Origin: Oopsacas minuta
Taxonomy: Eukaryota; Animalia; Porifera
Reading direction: 5' to 3'
DNA length: 64,000 nt
Assembly (NCBI GenBank): GCA_024704765.1
Contig: JAKMXF010000328.1
Span: 1 to 64,000 of the forward strand
Both the position numbers and the translations under genes were made by a program. Positions 32,540 through 46,899 of the stretch are shown here, piece by piece. Below the pieces are notes generated by a model. It was given only the letters and a program-made list of their open reading frames with translations. It was not told the DNA's origin and did not search any database. Numbering within the stretch: position 1 is the first letter of the stretch; the number at the start of each line of letters is the position of its first letter.

Positions 32540-35050
32540 AAATTTTTAAAGTTCAGGGTAACTGGCATCCATGGTCCAGAATTTGAATAGAGTGCCATTG
32601 CCTTAGTGTACGTATAGAATTCCATGGCTTATCCTTCAGTACAGCAATCGAAACACTCATAATCCAAGTCTTCGCACTCCTCACTATCAAGTTTAAGGAG
32701 AGTTAGCTGCACTAAAATTGATCTTGAATCCGATCGAAGAAATTCATTGAGACTGGCGAATGTTCAATCTTTGCAAACACTTTCCAGATTGTAAAAACAG
32801 AATCAAGAACTTGTTTAGATGGCCATTTAAGTCTGCCAAGATCTAGGAATTGAATCAACGAAATGTTAAAATTTAGATAATCTATTAACATAGAATAATC
32901 CTCAGTTAGTAAAGAGTAACATTCTGAGCACAATTCTGAAGATATACTGAATTTCCTTATTAAAGAAAAAGTCGCATCCCTCCAATGAAACCGAGAGCTT
33001 GCCTTGTATCAGAATTCGGGGGAAATATTCAAAAGAGAGAACACAAGTAAAGTGATTAACATCCATCTTATCACCACATCTAGTTGTACAACCAAGATCA
33101 GTAACGTTTTCGTGGATTTGAAATGTACTGATAAATTCATTGAAGGACCCTCTATCTTTAAGAACATAATCTTTCGATGATATAACTTGAGAATATTGGA
33201 CAGTTTTAGTACCCTTTTACGTTCTAGTACTTGACATACAGAAACATTATAGTTTGATCTTGACATCTGTCTATATATCCAAAATGGTGTTCAATTGGAT
33301 CATTTTGCATAAAAGATGACAAAACATAAGAGAATCCACATTCCTCAGTCAAATATTCTAGAAGTTTTGGTAGAGCAATGATTGAATAGGGAAAGCTAGC
33401 AAAGGTCTGAGCTGTTAGTTTTCCAAGTGTAAATGGTAAGCTTCTCTAGTACTCTAGCCAACGAACTATTATAGATGAAAATTAACCCTGGGATCATCCT
33501 GCACAAGTGGTAGAGTAACTTAATCATTGAGACGAACGCCCTTCCAAGGAATACTGACGTTGGGGCTTCCAGACTTGACAAAATAAAGCTATGAAGTCAC
33601 CAGTCTGATTGCTTTAAATATAATATTTCGGATGATGTAAGGTCAAGGCTGCTACATTAGTGTAATCAAATATTCGAATTGCAAGCTTAAAGTTCTGTTT
33701 ATCTAGGACGGATGGCTGGCCTGATTTGTAATTTAACTTTGGTGCTAGTTTTGCAACAGATAATTCACCTAATTTGATTAGAAGCCTCAAATTCTAAATT
33801 ACAAGGAATGGAACAAAAGTGGAGATGAAGTATTTGATAATTAATAAATACCAAAAGATACTTTGGACAATCTTACTGGGTGAGTAGAAAATCTTAAAGT
33901 TTGGATGAAAGAATCTACACCATTATCTTTTGAATGAGCTTAAATATTCCTAATAGACTTGACGATATGTACAAAATCAAATCTAGATAAATAGAGAGTC
34001 CATTATCATTGGGGTGAGGGATACCAGGGAGAAGAAATGTATTCTTGCAAAGTAACTTGAGAAGATTCATATTCAACGGATAAATATCTGAGAGAATTGC
34101 ATCTGCAATTATCCACACTTTTCGATATCACAAATTATTCGCTGAGTAATTGGAAGTAAATCTGTTGCTTTAGGATTGGTTAATGAGAACAAACGCACAA
34201 CACTAGACCATTTCTTATACAAGCTGGTAACCAAAAAGCATAAAATTGTTTTGGCTGCTTCTATCTCATCGGATTTTGAACATTCAGCAGTACCAATAAA
34301 CTTTCCTCCTTAAAACACAAAATATAGAGAATGACTTGATGAATTGAAATAATCAACTACGAACCTTTATAACTATTGCAAGATTTCACATGAATCTCAT
34401 CCATATTAAGCCAAACATGACGTAATACTGATTAAATTCGTTTGTTTCTGTCCTGAGATAAGTCAAGAAATCCGTATCAAGGCCAAAGTTAGAATATAAC
34501 CGAAATAATGAGGATTCGTAAGGCAGAGAAACACAATCCATATTACGAAGTTGTTTATAACAAGCAGAAGATGATAAATGACTCTTTAAAGATAATATCA
34601 TTGTAACCATATTATACCGATTACGTGTTTTCTTTATAGTAGAGTTTTCTAGCTGGCCCAAAATAAATAAAGCTGGGATAATAGGTTGGGGAACTTGTAG
34701 GTACCTAAAACCATAATATAACTTGTAATTGTACTCACATGAATTTAGACTGTATATATTATGAATCCTACCAGTCTGATCGAAATCTTGTTCCAGCAAG
34801 GAAATAGCTTGTTTCATGGAAGAAATACAATGTGAAAGCTCTAAATAGATTGAAAAAGTTGGGTAATGTTCGAAACAATGTTCATAAACTGTAGAGTGTA
34901 TAGGGAATATGTCTTACCAATATCAACTGCATTGTACTCAGTGTAATTAGACAATTCATCAATCAATGTAGAGATCTGACGCATATCACAAATAGATATG
35001 ATTGATAGATTCACTAATATCCCATGATGGTAACATCCCACTTGAAGTTA
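32540..35050 (-). pseudogene. Second P-element-like transposase, opposite strand (tail-to-tail with the first), degraded
   Basis: SSSACYKQLR..SLP; FDFVHIVKSIRN; KLAPKLNYKS..LDKQNFKLAIRIFD; YNVSVCQVLERKRVLKLSNIL; CSEC..FLDLGRLKWPS (ORFs 34386-34817, 33915-34118, 33009-33266, 32712-32933). Confidence 0.8.
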
Positions 35051-35469
35051 TTTGTCAATAGTAAAACTATCTTGTAAAGAATAACTCCACTATTTGTTTT
35101 CAGATGGACGAAACTAATGGCATCACCCATATTCCAACAATCGTCCTTGGGGATCTTTACGTTACATGATTTAGTGTTTATGTTATCGAATTTGAGAGAG
35201 TGTATTTTATCTGCTCTTCTTCAAATACATCAACGCTCTATTTAATAGCCTACATAGTACAATACCAAAAACATGTAAATACAACCTAAATATTTAACCC
35301 AACTTGATATACTAGCATCTCTAAAGCACGTTTCTTTCTGTCTCTATCAAGCCTTGGAGATTTATAGTCTCATTATTAAAACGATCAGAGCAACCAGGAA
35401 GATAATTAAGTATTGCACATTTCTTCAAAGTAGCCTTTATTAATCGTGTCTTCGTTTGACCATCAATGT

Positions 35470-37020
35470 CAAGATAAGTTTTGCGAGTCAACTATATCAT
35501 CGGTCCAGTTTCCCCAACCAGTAATCGGTCTGCTAATCCAAATAGTATTAGTCAAGCTGAGCGACTTTTGGTGGCTATATATATTTTTGTATAGGTCAAC
35601 ATGACATATAGAAACCGCACATTTACAGGGATTGGTAATTAATAAATACATAACTAAGAAGGATCGGTTATGCTAGAGTGATACTAATTAAAGATATTTG
35701 GATATCTAGATTCAAACAATTCGTGTATTTCGTTTTGTAATTCCATAAATTTTGAATGTGGAACCGAGGAGGAAACACACACGTATAGATCTTGAAGGGG
35801 CAAAGAATCGTGTAGCAGCCGGCACATCAGAACAACGGTCCACAATAACTAGATTGAGGGGATAGCAATAACAGTGGACGTACATCGTATGTGGTACGGC
35901 CTGTCGAAACAGAGACTGGACACCATGACATCTTCCAAACATCACACTTGCACCACCATATCATTGACCGGCTGATACTGAATATCAACACCAAATTCGT
36001 GAAGAATCTTGATAATAATCTGGTCGCATACTTCCCAGCACTCAGCTCGTCTGTCTCCAAAAAGCCAATAAATTCTTCTCTTGACGAACCATCCTTTAAG
36101 TAGCTAAGACATACGCTTAGTTGTTCAATCTTCGCTACATCCTAGGACCATCTATAAGAATGGAAAACTATTTAAACAATTGAACATCTTTCAAAATATC
36201 TTTCTTTATTAGTGACGCGAACGTTTTGATAATTTGGTTTTGGATGTCATGGTGAGTATATCGAGCACACCTGCGCCCTTATAACCTGGTACGAACAATA
36301 CTGTCCTTCTTGGAAATGAGCGTCAGAATCTCGAGAAAGTTACTATGATTCCTTTCACTGTCTGACTCACGATGTTGCTGAGGTAGTGGAGCACATAGCT
36401 CCACTACCTCAGCAACAGTTCGCACATAGTGCCTATTCTCCTCGAGCTGTTTAAGCGAAATGGCCTGTACCTGAGCTGTTACGCTACCTGTCATTGACAC
36501 CTGTTGAACTTTGGCCATCGCTGACGTTTCGTGGGAAAAACTATCAGCATGTTTCTGAAGCTTCTGGACACCGTGATTCCAATAGTGAAAGCCGATAAAA
36601 GTGAAGTTGTCCGGAGTTTTCATGTTGAGGGAAGTATGAGCACGCAAACAAATACAGAATCTCATTCTTGGATGTACTCAATCCATGGGAACTTTAGAAA
36701 TCAGTCACTCTGAAATCGTTTTTCCATTACGAGTAGGAAAAGTCGAAAGCTTTGGCTTGTACTGATTGTCAGATGGTGTTTTTGAAACATCGAAAGGTCC
36801 TACAGTTACAGAGTTAGAAATGTTTAATTCAGGCTGAAACAATTACACAAGAGGCTCAACCTACTCTTCGAAATTACTAGTTTGACCCATTTCATCCCCT
36901 GTTAAGTCGTCTGAGTAAGACTGGAATGTCATTACAGGCTTCGTTCACCGACTTCTAGTACACTTCTCATTTTTGCAGGTGAAAATTCTCCACCAAGCGA
37001 ATGTTGTCTTTTGGACATAT
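35470..37020 (-). pseudogene. hAT transposase relic (ZMYM1-like), 3'-truncated
   Basis: TTF-finger-like FPWIEY..DSVFC; LQKHADSFSH; LEENRHYVRTVAEVVELCA..NHSNFLEIL; FSILID..EQLSVCL; GASVMFG..YVHCYCYPLNLVIVD. Confidence 0.8.
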
Positions 37021-37539
37021 TGAAATTTGGAACAAGTAGACAAAATACGTACTCACAACGTTTATATTAATAAAATCTTGAATCCTCACACTAGGCGTAT
37101 TAATTTTTTATCACAGGTATTATAAGGCTTCCAGGTTTATTAATGCATGAAATTTTCACGCAACAGTCCAATAGTAAGATAAGAGTGTTAATAAACAATA
37201 TAATTATAATTTAGCACTTTGATTAGCTTTTAAGGTTTTCCTATTGTTATTAATTTATGTAGAATGCTTTAGAACGCTAGATTTTAGTAACACTTAAAAT
37301 CATTGATACATTCTATGTTAACTGAATTATGATTTCACCCCCTGAATATTATCAGAACCCCCCATTTTTGTTATAATTTTGATTTAGTATAAGAAAAATC
37401 ATCAAAAAAGTGTTTTATTGATTTTCCGTAAAACATCGAACTTAATTTTTGTTTGATCCAGTGGGTTTGTTAATATTATATTCAAGTGAATTAGAGATCC
37501 AAATACATCATTAAATCCTAAATCTAATAAGGAAATCAT

Positions 37540-37772
37540 TTTGATTTTGATGTATTCTATAAACGATTGTATAAACTATTTTGATTTTTGCTTGTTTCAT
37601 AAATCATTTTAAAATCATTTTGATTTTACTTGTTTTTATAAAACCATTTTATAAATCATCGATTTTCTAAATGTTTCATAAAATCATTTGGATTTTTTAT
37701 TTATTTTATAAAATGATCTTATAAATCATTTCGATTTTTACTTGTTTCATAAAATCATATTATAAATCTATT
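37540..37772. repeat. AT-rich minisatellite, unit about 40 bp, about 5-6 degenerate copies
   Basis: Recurring GATTTT(A)CTTGTTTCATAAAATCATTTTATAAATCATTT. Confidence 0.7.
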
Positions 37773-38379
37773 ATAATAAATTTATTTTTAGTGACTCACT
37801 AATTCAACCTTATTTCAGAGAAAAATAATTTAGATTTCCAATGTACCAGCAGGCTTCTCTTGCTTGCGATACGCGGGTGGCAAACATTTTGCATTCGCAC
37901 TCAGGCCTTCGATTAGGAAACATATTTAAGAGTTGAATTTTTACATAAAATAATAGGAATCAGCCTACCGATTACCCCAGTAGAGCCGTTGAAACCATGT
38001 TTATGTAATAATAGTAAAATTTGTTTTGTGTAATGGACATATCAAATCAGTAACCGTGGCTAAGAATATAGCAATGAATAAAGATTACATCACACGAATA
38101 TCTTGTGGTTAATTGCACCTCCTGTCAGGTGCATATTCGAAGAAATATACTCCCATAGATCTAAAAAGTATACGTTGCGCTGGACTCTTAACGAAGTTTC
38201 ACCAAAATAATATCAGTTTTTATTCTGCTTGGATGCACCTTACTCCCCTTTGGTGTTATTATTTTACTGCCCTGACATTTCTGTCGACTTGTACTGAAAT
38301 CATTGCATTTTCAATGCAATGATTTCAATTTATTTCAATTTAAACTTATTAGAACCTTAATGGATGATATTGACATTCA

Positions 38380-40340
38380 ACCGCCAGAAATTGATAATTC
38401 TCAGCTCATCGAGGCTCGCCAAAATTGGTACTTACGCTTTTTACTCCTATAGAAAGTCCAATTTATACCCGACATAAATGTGTTTAGTGTGGTTTCGAGA
38501 GCATGGCCCTTCTGTATGCAGACTAACCTTCACCATCACTTCACTGCGGAAAAATACAAATAGTGTGGGGTGAAATACAATAGTTGGAAGATTCAACATG
38601 GGGGCAAAAATGCATTTTTCGAAAGAAATATCACGTCATCAAGTTAACTATAAGACTTGTTCGAAAGGACTGCAATCGGATGATATTGATGATAAACTTA
38701 GAGACTAATTTATTAGTGCTGACTCTCATTCAAATTCGTGAACTTGAGGAGTTTTGCGACTTTTGTGCAGCGCTCAATCCCCACTTTACTGTACCTTCAA
38801 TCTTTAAACTAAAAAATAAGAAATTGAAGAATAAATATACTGAGGGTGACAAGTCACTCCGTGATCAGCTACCTATTGTCCTTTTGTTACTATTACCATA
38901 GCGGTTGGAGTTCCCGTCTGCTAATCAGTATGATGGGGGTCATCGTACACTATTATGTAGAAACTATTCCTGAGTCCAGTATCCTGTCGATGGAGATGAA
39001 ATGCGAATCTTACTCTCACTACTTGTGGAGATTGGAATATTACCAACAAGTTTGCTCGAATAGGAACAGATAATGGGTCGAATATGGTAAATGCACTCTC
39101 ATTTTGATGAATTAATAGAACTAAACGAAAACCTAGAGAATTTGGATGATGGCTCACCAACTGTTGAACATCTATACGAGGTTTACGAATCTTTCCATGG
39201 GGAAACATTGGCGTTGATGAGATCGACAAATTCTGTTATAGAGGAAGCTATCGAGAATCTATCTGAAAATTTGGAAAAGCACATTAGAAATCACTACTTA
39301 TAAAGTTGCGAAATGCTGGCCTGTTAAAGAAATGGTTCCCATGCGCGTGCCATACGGCCAATTAGCAATGAAGTATTTACTGGCTCGTGATCTTGGCCAC
39401 CGTTGCCAGGTCAACGTTCTAGTATCCAAGGCTCATGAATATGTGAAATGTTGCAATAATTCCACCAAATGTGCCGAAATCTTCCTTAGTGAAAGTATGA
39501 CCTTGGTTTCAATGAATAAAACTCGATGCAACATCATGTATAATATGCATAATTCCTTATTGAATACAAATGACAGAAAGATATTGGATCAGTTGCCACC
39601 ATTAAGGTGTCAACCCACTAAGAACTTTGAGATGAACATACTCCGCGAAATATGCGAAATTCTTTCGCCAATTAATTTTTTACAAAAGAGATGCAAGCCA
39701 CTCACGGCACAAGTGGCATGATTATCCCTGCGAAGGAAATGATCTGAACGAATTGGATGAGGGACATAGACTTAGTTTTACGTGATATCATTAAAGAACG
39801 TTTGCTTATCTAAAATTAGACAAATTTATCTGAATCAATGTTCCGTGTCTTGACTCACGATTTGTGTTAGAGACATTTGAGAAAGAAGATTACATGAGAG
39901 CGTTAAAGCAGGTTTGGAAAGTGTAATGAAACATAATAACATCACTAAAGGAGAGAATAAATTACGAGATGTCGTAGATCCCGAAGGTGAACATTCTTTC
40001 AAAAAAGGAAGAGTATATTTCCTGTTAAGAGGTTTTCGGATTCACATCTACAAGGTGTTTCTGAAGACATCATTAATATGGAATGAACTTTATTCAGAGC
40101 AGAGACAAGAATGATACACGGAATTATTGATGTTGATCCAGATAGGTGGTGGGTTAGATATTCCCCAAAGTTTCCCTCGATGTCTCAACCTTATATGATA
40201 TATTGACTCCATCATCGACCTTTGATGTGAAACGATGGTTCAGTGTAGCGGGTCGTATCCATCGCCCGTATCGCTCTAGATTAAACTCTGATTCAATTTC
40301 GCTACTGGTAATTCGTAAATATAGAATGATTGCCGAAGCG
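38380..40340 (+). pseudogene. hAT transposase relic (BED-finger/ZBED1-like)
   Basis: EFCDFCAALNPHFTVPS (cf. GF..L...LxPxY..PS); KTRCNIMYNM (cf. TRWNSxYxM); hATC-like LLTPSSTFDVKRWFSVAGRIHRPYRSRL at about 40200-40300. Ends not found. Confidence 0.65.
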
Positions 40341-40626
40341 TGCTATTGCTCCAATAGCTAAAGATGTTGAGAACCCGATGTAATGTATACACTTCCTGGA
40401 AATAGTCTTAGATTTAGTCCTTACAACTTATATCTACTCATCCAATTTCAGTTCCCTCTACCATTATATACTCACCCATCTCTCAATATACCTCATACAT
40501 CTCCTCACAAATATTTACTTACACATTCCAAAGTGCCTCTACAATTTTTTAGTCGTATATTTGAATATATCACTACAGTTAATCTCAGTCACAATACATT
40601 TACATATACCTATGGATTACCTTATA

Positions 40627-42589
40627 CAGTAGAACCTCCCAAAGTGGGGTTTTTGTCCGAAGTGGGGTGTGGGGTGCGCCAGCTGAAATTTTAAACGATA
40701 TTGTATACAAAATTTACATTTTGTATTCCCAAAGTGGGTATCCAAAATGGGGTATTTCCCAAAGCGGGGTACCTAAGTGGGGTGAATATATATCATAAAA
40801 TATCACTACTATATGCTAAAAGTAATTCAATACTAGGATAGTATCCTTCCTACACCACTTAATTTTCATTATTCTTCTTCAACAGATAAACGTCAATTGA
40901 TGGTTGAATCAGATTAGCCTGTACCCTTTCCAGGATTTTGTCTTGAACTAAGATAACCCATGCTACTTCATCATCCATTCCTTTGTATTCAAAATACTTT
41001 TCGAGTTCAGATAAACGTAATATGGCTTCTTTTGTACTTATTGGACGACTACCTAGTTCTAGGTCTACCTGTTCTTCATTTATTTCAATTTCAGGTTTAG
41101 CACCACTGTCATCCTGTTCTTCGGCATTTACAACTTGATTTTCTCTAGCATCGAACAACTCAATCATTTCTAGAACTTGATCAGCTTCTACAACTGCAGG
41201 TGGACCAGCTATTAAAACTTCTTGATCAAGGATATCCTGCTCATCATGGTTAACAACATTTGAAATTAGATCTGGAATGATTTCATTATGTGATTCAAAG
41301 CGGAAACCAGCTTTCTCAAAACAACGAGAAACAGTGGATGTATTGTGTAAAGAATTCCAAACCCTACCAAGCCAAACATATGCACGCAACATATCGACGC
41401 CTTCCATGTGATGTTTATCGATGAAAATCATCTTAGACATGTGTTCATGGAGGTATTTAAAATATCTAATTTTCAAAGCGTTATCGATCCCTTGATCGAC
41501 GGGTTGTAACAGAGATGTACAATTCGGTGGTAACCATTCAACACGGACATCAGTTAGATGTTCCTTTGCTAATTCGAATCCACATTCATGACCGGAAAAA
41601 TTATCAAGAAAGAGCAAGACATTCCGTTTCTGTGTTTCAATTGTTGTATTTAAATATAAAAGCCACTCCTTGAAAATAGTAGAATTCATCCATCCTTTGG
41701 GAGTCGCTTTTCATTGCATGCATGCCGGGAGTTTATTAGTGTCGTAGTGAATTCTAGAGAATGCTCTTGGTTTTAAATACTGATTAATAACAATCATTTG
41801 CTCCATATGTCCATCCATAGCAGCAACAATGAACACAGTAATCCTCTTCTTGCTGACTTTACTTCCTGCGGGGTTTGGGCCTTGCTGAGCAATGTTCTTT
41901 TCCACTTTGTTCCGATAAAGACCAACCTCGTCACCATTTAGAACATCTTTTTTTGTCATAACCTTTAAGGAGAGTAGGTAATATCTTCTTGAATTCCTCT
42001 ACAGCATTCATGGGAGCTGACCCCCTTCCTCCTTGGAGAGCTCTACTTACAATTCTATTGCGGCTTCGGAACCTTTCTAACCAGCCATTAGAGGCACTAA
42101 ACCATCTAAATTGGGCAGCTTCTTCGAAATCATTGTGGCAATATTTTGTATAATTGAACCAGTTACAATAGCATTTAAATCTCGGGCTCTCACGCTATAC
42201 TCAACAAGTTTGTCATCCAGATCAATAGTCTTAACCTGACTATACGCTTTCTTTCCGTACCTTTGCGAGGAGCACTATCTAGTGTTTCAAAATTAATAGC
42301 TACCCATCGTTCCTTTTCCTTACTAATCCTAGACACAGTACCTTTGGAGGCCTTGTACTTTTTTACAGCATCTAACTGGGTCATTCCTTTGGATAGATCC
42401 TGTGCAATTGTGACCTTCCTCTTTAAACTTAGTTGAGTTTTATGAACAGTAACCATAAATCATATAAAATCTAGAACAACACTTAATGAAATTTTTAAAA
42501 AATTATTGTCAGAAGTGGGGTATTTCCCAAAGTGGGATGCAAAATTTTAGCAGTGCTTCCCAGACACCCCACTTAGGGAGGTTCTACTG
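40627..42589 (-). mobile_element. pogo/Tigger-like (CENP-B/DDE_1) transposon, degraded
   Basis: 23-bp TIR CAGTAGAACCTCCC(A/T)AAGTGGGG (1 mismatch); TA TSD; 1963 bp. Psq-like HTH LSLKRKVTI; NGDEVGLY; SKKRITVFI; LLFLDNFSGH; LPPNCTSLLQPVDQGI. Confidence 0.95.
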
Positions 42590-42762
42590 TAGCTACATGA
42601 TTAAATCCGTTAAATTGCCCATTTGCTCACTGGATGCAAGTCGAAATTATCCAAACATCCTCAATGTGACCTCACACTTTGCTCGGCTCTTTGGCCCAAG
42701 TAATTCGGTAAAAGGCTCAATGTGAGCCAGGGGCTTACAGGTTTCCTAACCCTAATCTAGAT

Positions 42763-43735
42763 CACTGGTCCCCAAACTGGGGAACGCAGGGTACTTCTGT
42801 GGAACGCGAGATCCATTTCAAACAAAATCATTTTAATAAAGATCGAGTTTATAACCTTAGATTAGGGTAATTCTCAAATAAATCTCCATGCATGATTCCT
42901 GGGGGTGGGGGGCGCTGCATTAGGTCGAATTTCGTGTGTTGGCATTAGGTCGAATTTAATATGTATCGAATTTAACATGTATGCATTAGGTCGAACTTAA
43001 AATGTATGAATTGGATCGAATTAAGACGTTGTGATAGATTGAATTTATTTTAGCTATGTTGTTGATAGATCGTAATAAAAAATGGATGTATAAAAACGAG
43101 GACTGATAAGACATTTTATTCTATTAATTATAAACCCGCACCATTGGGAGGGATTAGGGATTTTGTTCACTACATTATCGGTCTTGGAGTTTTCACTTGT
43201 GCTCGTTATTGAGCTACCTAGAGGCAGGGTTGTGCAGTCCATGCTAATTTTGTGTTTGGATGGACCTTTGTCGGATTAATTCTTAGAAAAGTTTGCAAAA
43301 TGGGGGATTGCTGGACTTTTTGGTTTTAAAACGTTTGTGCAAGTTTTTTGGAAATTTAAGGAAGCATTCAGTGTTTCTCAAAATATGAATTGGCTTTAAT
43401 ACGAGATATTCATGGTTAAAATATATTTGCTCTATCGGCAACTTTGCTGAAATAGAATTCGACCTAATGCCAACACACGGTATTCGACCCAATGCATACA
43501 TAGTAAATTGGACCTAATGCAGGCACCCCTTCCTGGGGGTGCATCACAGCATACACAATTTCAATCATGATAATCTTTCGATTCTACTCATACTTATATA
43601 TAATTTAGTTATACATATGGCCTTCGTCCTTACACCAAATGCCATTATCGGAAATGAATAAGTTCTGTATTTGTTGATCACACTCATTCCCTCGCCTGCT
43701 CGCAGTTCTCGCAACACTAGGATTGAAAACCACAA
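42763..43735. mobile_element. Decayed hAT-type MITE hosting the MULE-like MITE
   Basis: Left end CACTGGTCCCCAAACTGGGG (cf. CAGTGGTCCCCAAAC); right end GATTGAAAACCAC. No TSD recovered. Confidence 0.4.
42907..43529. mobile_element. MULE-like MITE (about 620 bp) with tandem subrepeats in its TIRs and an 11-12-bp TSD
   Basis: Left GGGGG(G)CGCTGCATTAGGTCGAATTT vs right AAATTGGACCTAATGCAGGCACCCC; repeated GCATTAGGTCGAA / TTCGACC(T/C)AATGC units; TTCCTGGGGGT(G) duplicated at 42896 and 43530. Confidence 0.85.
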
Positions 43736-45839
43736 TTTCGTTAATTATTTCAGATTTTAGACATTAAGTATTTAGAGCTTGTATCTTGAACATCGACATA
43801 CGTATACCCATCACCCAACACACTATAACATTATACATTTGTAGTTTGGATATCCGTAAAGTAATTAAGTTAAAAATGTCTGGCGTAACTAAGATTTGCT
43901 ATTCCATGCCCATTCAAGTAATACAGCCGTAATTCTCAAACGAAATCAGCAAATCAACAAGAGTAAATTTTATAATATTGTTCAAGATTAATTCTGCTCA
44001 TATTTGCATTACTTGTGGGTAATCTTGAAATCTAGAGATAGGAGAAGATAGGGGGTAGGGGGACTGAACCCTCTACCGATTTCCAGGGGTAATAGCCCCC
44101 ACCTGGGATTTTCTTGGTTACAGACCCCAGATACAAATCTTACTCTGGTGTTACTATATAGTACCTTTTAATAAATTATTTCGATTGTATACTAGTAAAC
44201 TTGTAAATACACTGTGGAGCGGAATGACGTTGTAAAAATGGAGAAATGATTATACATGAGGAATTACCATACATAAATACTGAAAGATAATTAAGTGTGT
44301 TCCGCTAAGTACCTCAGAAGAATTCAAGCCTCGGCCAGAGCAGGAAGTGGCATACTCTCATGGAATATCGCAATCCAATGAAGGAAACTTTCACAACCCT
44401 CACAGCCACTGGATTGGTAACCAAACAGCTGTCCACACAGTTAGTAAAAATTCACCTAATTCTCCATAACAACTCATCAGTAGCATGCACAGTAAATTCC
44501 GAAAATATGGATGTATAGCGGGGTGCCAAGAAAATAGGCCTTGTTTGTCGGTATTTTCGAGCTTTACCGTGTCGTTACGCAGATTTGTATTCCCTGTGAA
44601 CTTGAGGGATCTAAAATTACATGCTGATTTGGTGGCGTACATTCGTGTCATACACTGCCAGGCCAAAAGTATTGGAATAGTGTACTTGTGGCAGAGGGCG
44701 AGTATTCACTGAAAAATTCTATGGAAATAGCAGAAAGGAGGACAATAGCTTATTATGAATTGTTGCTTATGATATATTTTGTTCAAATTGTAAGAAATAA
44801 TCATTAGCCGATAACTAAGGTGGCGCCTTTGGTGCCAGGAGTCAATTATGGCAAGATGTTACAATGCTTTTGGCCAGGTAGTGAAGAACGTATGTATGTA
44901 TATTCTGGCTGATATTAAAAATCTTCTTACTATTGTATATTAGATGTTGTAATTAGATATTTCAAAAATCTTCAATAAAAAGTTTATGGTAACACTGACT
45001 CAGCCAATTCAGCTGCAGCCAAGATACCTAAATTACAACCAGATGAGGGAAGTGAGTACAAATGACGATTAGGTAGGTTAATAACTGGAAATAGAAATAT
45101 TACTTTTGGGAAAAGCCATACGCTAAAACTCCTGAGGATAAATTCATTGCTTTTGAGATATCGTAGAGTAAATTTAAGCAACACTATATTTGCATTTGGA
45201 GACTATCAACAATTTTCCTGACGATATCTTAAAAATTTAAATTTCAGAATTGAAAATTTATTGCTTCCAAAATGAAACAACCCATAGTTAGAGTGCCCGA
45301 GTCAGTCAGTCACCATGTTTGAAATTGTGATTCAGTAACTCAAATGGCAGTCTACATAGTTAAATTATCGGAATTTGTCCGAACCTAAACGTACTCTGAA
45401 TGTATTGAAATTTTGGTAGGATTAGCTTTGCATGTAAAAGAAGCATAGTATGATATTGGATATCAAATTTGGAAAAATCATGATTGTCAAACAACATTAA
45501 TTCAGAATGTATTACTTTCTGGAAATTCCCAGGTTTGGGCGATTTACAAGCCAAGAATGATTTAGCAATTGGCGAAAACTATCATTCTGGAGTGAAATTG
45601 CATTCGGTAACCGAGTAAGGGTAATGGACAAAGTACTGGTAACAGGATATTGCCAAGTAACAGTAAAGCAAAAATTTAAAGTAACGAGATAACACAACAA
45701 AAGTAACGGGAAAATTAACCTGAAAGGAAGATTTAATAACTAACACATAACTGATATTGCAGGATATTTATGCGAGATTCGCAAGACACTTACAATAAAA
45801 TATTTAACAGTGATGTGACAAGTATTCGAATTTTATCTG

Positions 45840-46460
45840 TATAGTCCGAAGATTCCACCGATGTTTCTATTAAAGGACAGAAGTCTATATATGATCGACA
45901 TGTGAAACATGGATCAACTGAAACAGTATTCGTGGGATACACAATCCAGTAAACCAGATGCAAACACATTGCGAAATGTATCTAGGATGCCTTATATACT
46001 CGCGCAGAACCTCGAAACAGATACAAAATTGATAATTCTATTGGATTCATCAATAACAAGATAGGTAATGGGAATTTTGATTGAGCATCGGTTATGTCCG
46101 GTCATGTGAATTGTGTAGGCAGGCGTATAGCAGAAAAACAGCAAGCATCAGCCAATACAGATTGACTGGCGCATAAACTAGAGCTAGCTGTGCTAGACTC
46201 TATAAAGTGCGATGAGTACTCGTCACAAGTCTCAGATAAGCTAAACTGCACTTTCAATTTACAATAATTCACCAGTCAGGAGAAAAGATTTCAAAGAGTT
46301 GGCTGATATTTTAGAAGAGGAAACTCAGCAATTCTGCAGATTATAGGCTACTAGGTGGCTGGCCTGTAGGGAGCGAGCCCTCTCAGTGAAATTGAACAAG
46401 TATAAAGTGTTAGTTTACGACGAAAAACAATAGCTACGGCTACAATAAAAGAGAAGCTGA
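45840..46460 (+). pseudogene. hAT transposase relic (ZNF862/C17orf113-like)
   Basis: DSTDVSIK; TETVFVGIHNPV; ASVMSG; AHKLELAVLDSIK; SPVRRKDFKELADILEEE; ATRWLACRERAL (across frameshifts). Confidence 0.65.
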
Positions 46461-46899
46461 AGAATTGGGTTATATCAAGATATTAGAATGACGATTCGAA
46501 ATGAATTTACATTTCGTAGTAATCGACTTCGTTTCAAATCTCAAAAACTTATCCGTGCAATTCAAAATAGAAAAAAAATTATTGATTTACAGGCAAAGAT
46601 TGATAGGCCACCAAGCTTGAGCTGCTGATAGCCATACCTGGCCCTCAGTGTAAACGTATCATAGATAAATTATCAGTCGACAATAACGGGGATATAGTTC
46701 ACAGTGAAATGGTTTTGAATAAATAAATCAGTGGATGAATTTCTTGGATTGAGTCTACACAGAAAAAGTACAAAAAGTATAGTGACCCAAAGGTTTGAGG
46801 ATATAATTACTGAAGCCAAGACACATCAAATAGGGATTCAGCCATCTGACAAATTCCATTGAGCACAATGACAAGAATATGGAGCATGGACTTCTTATT

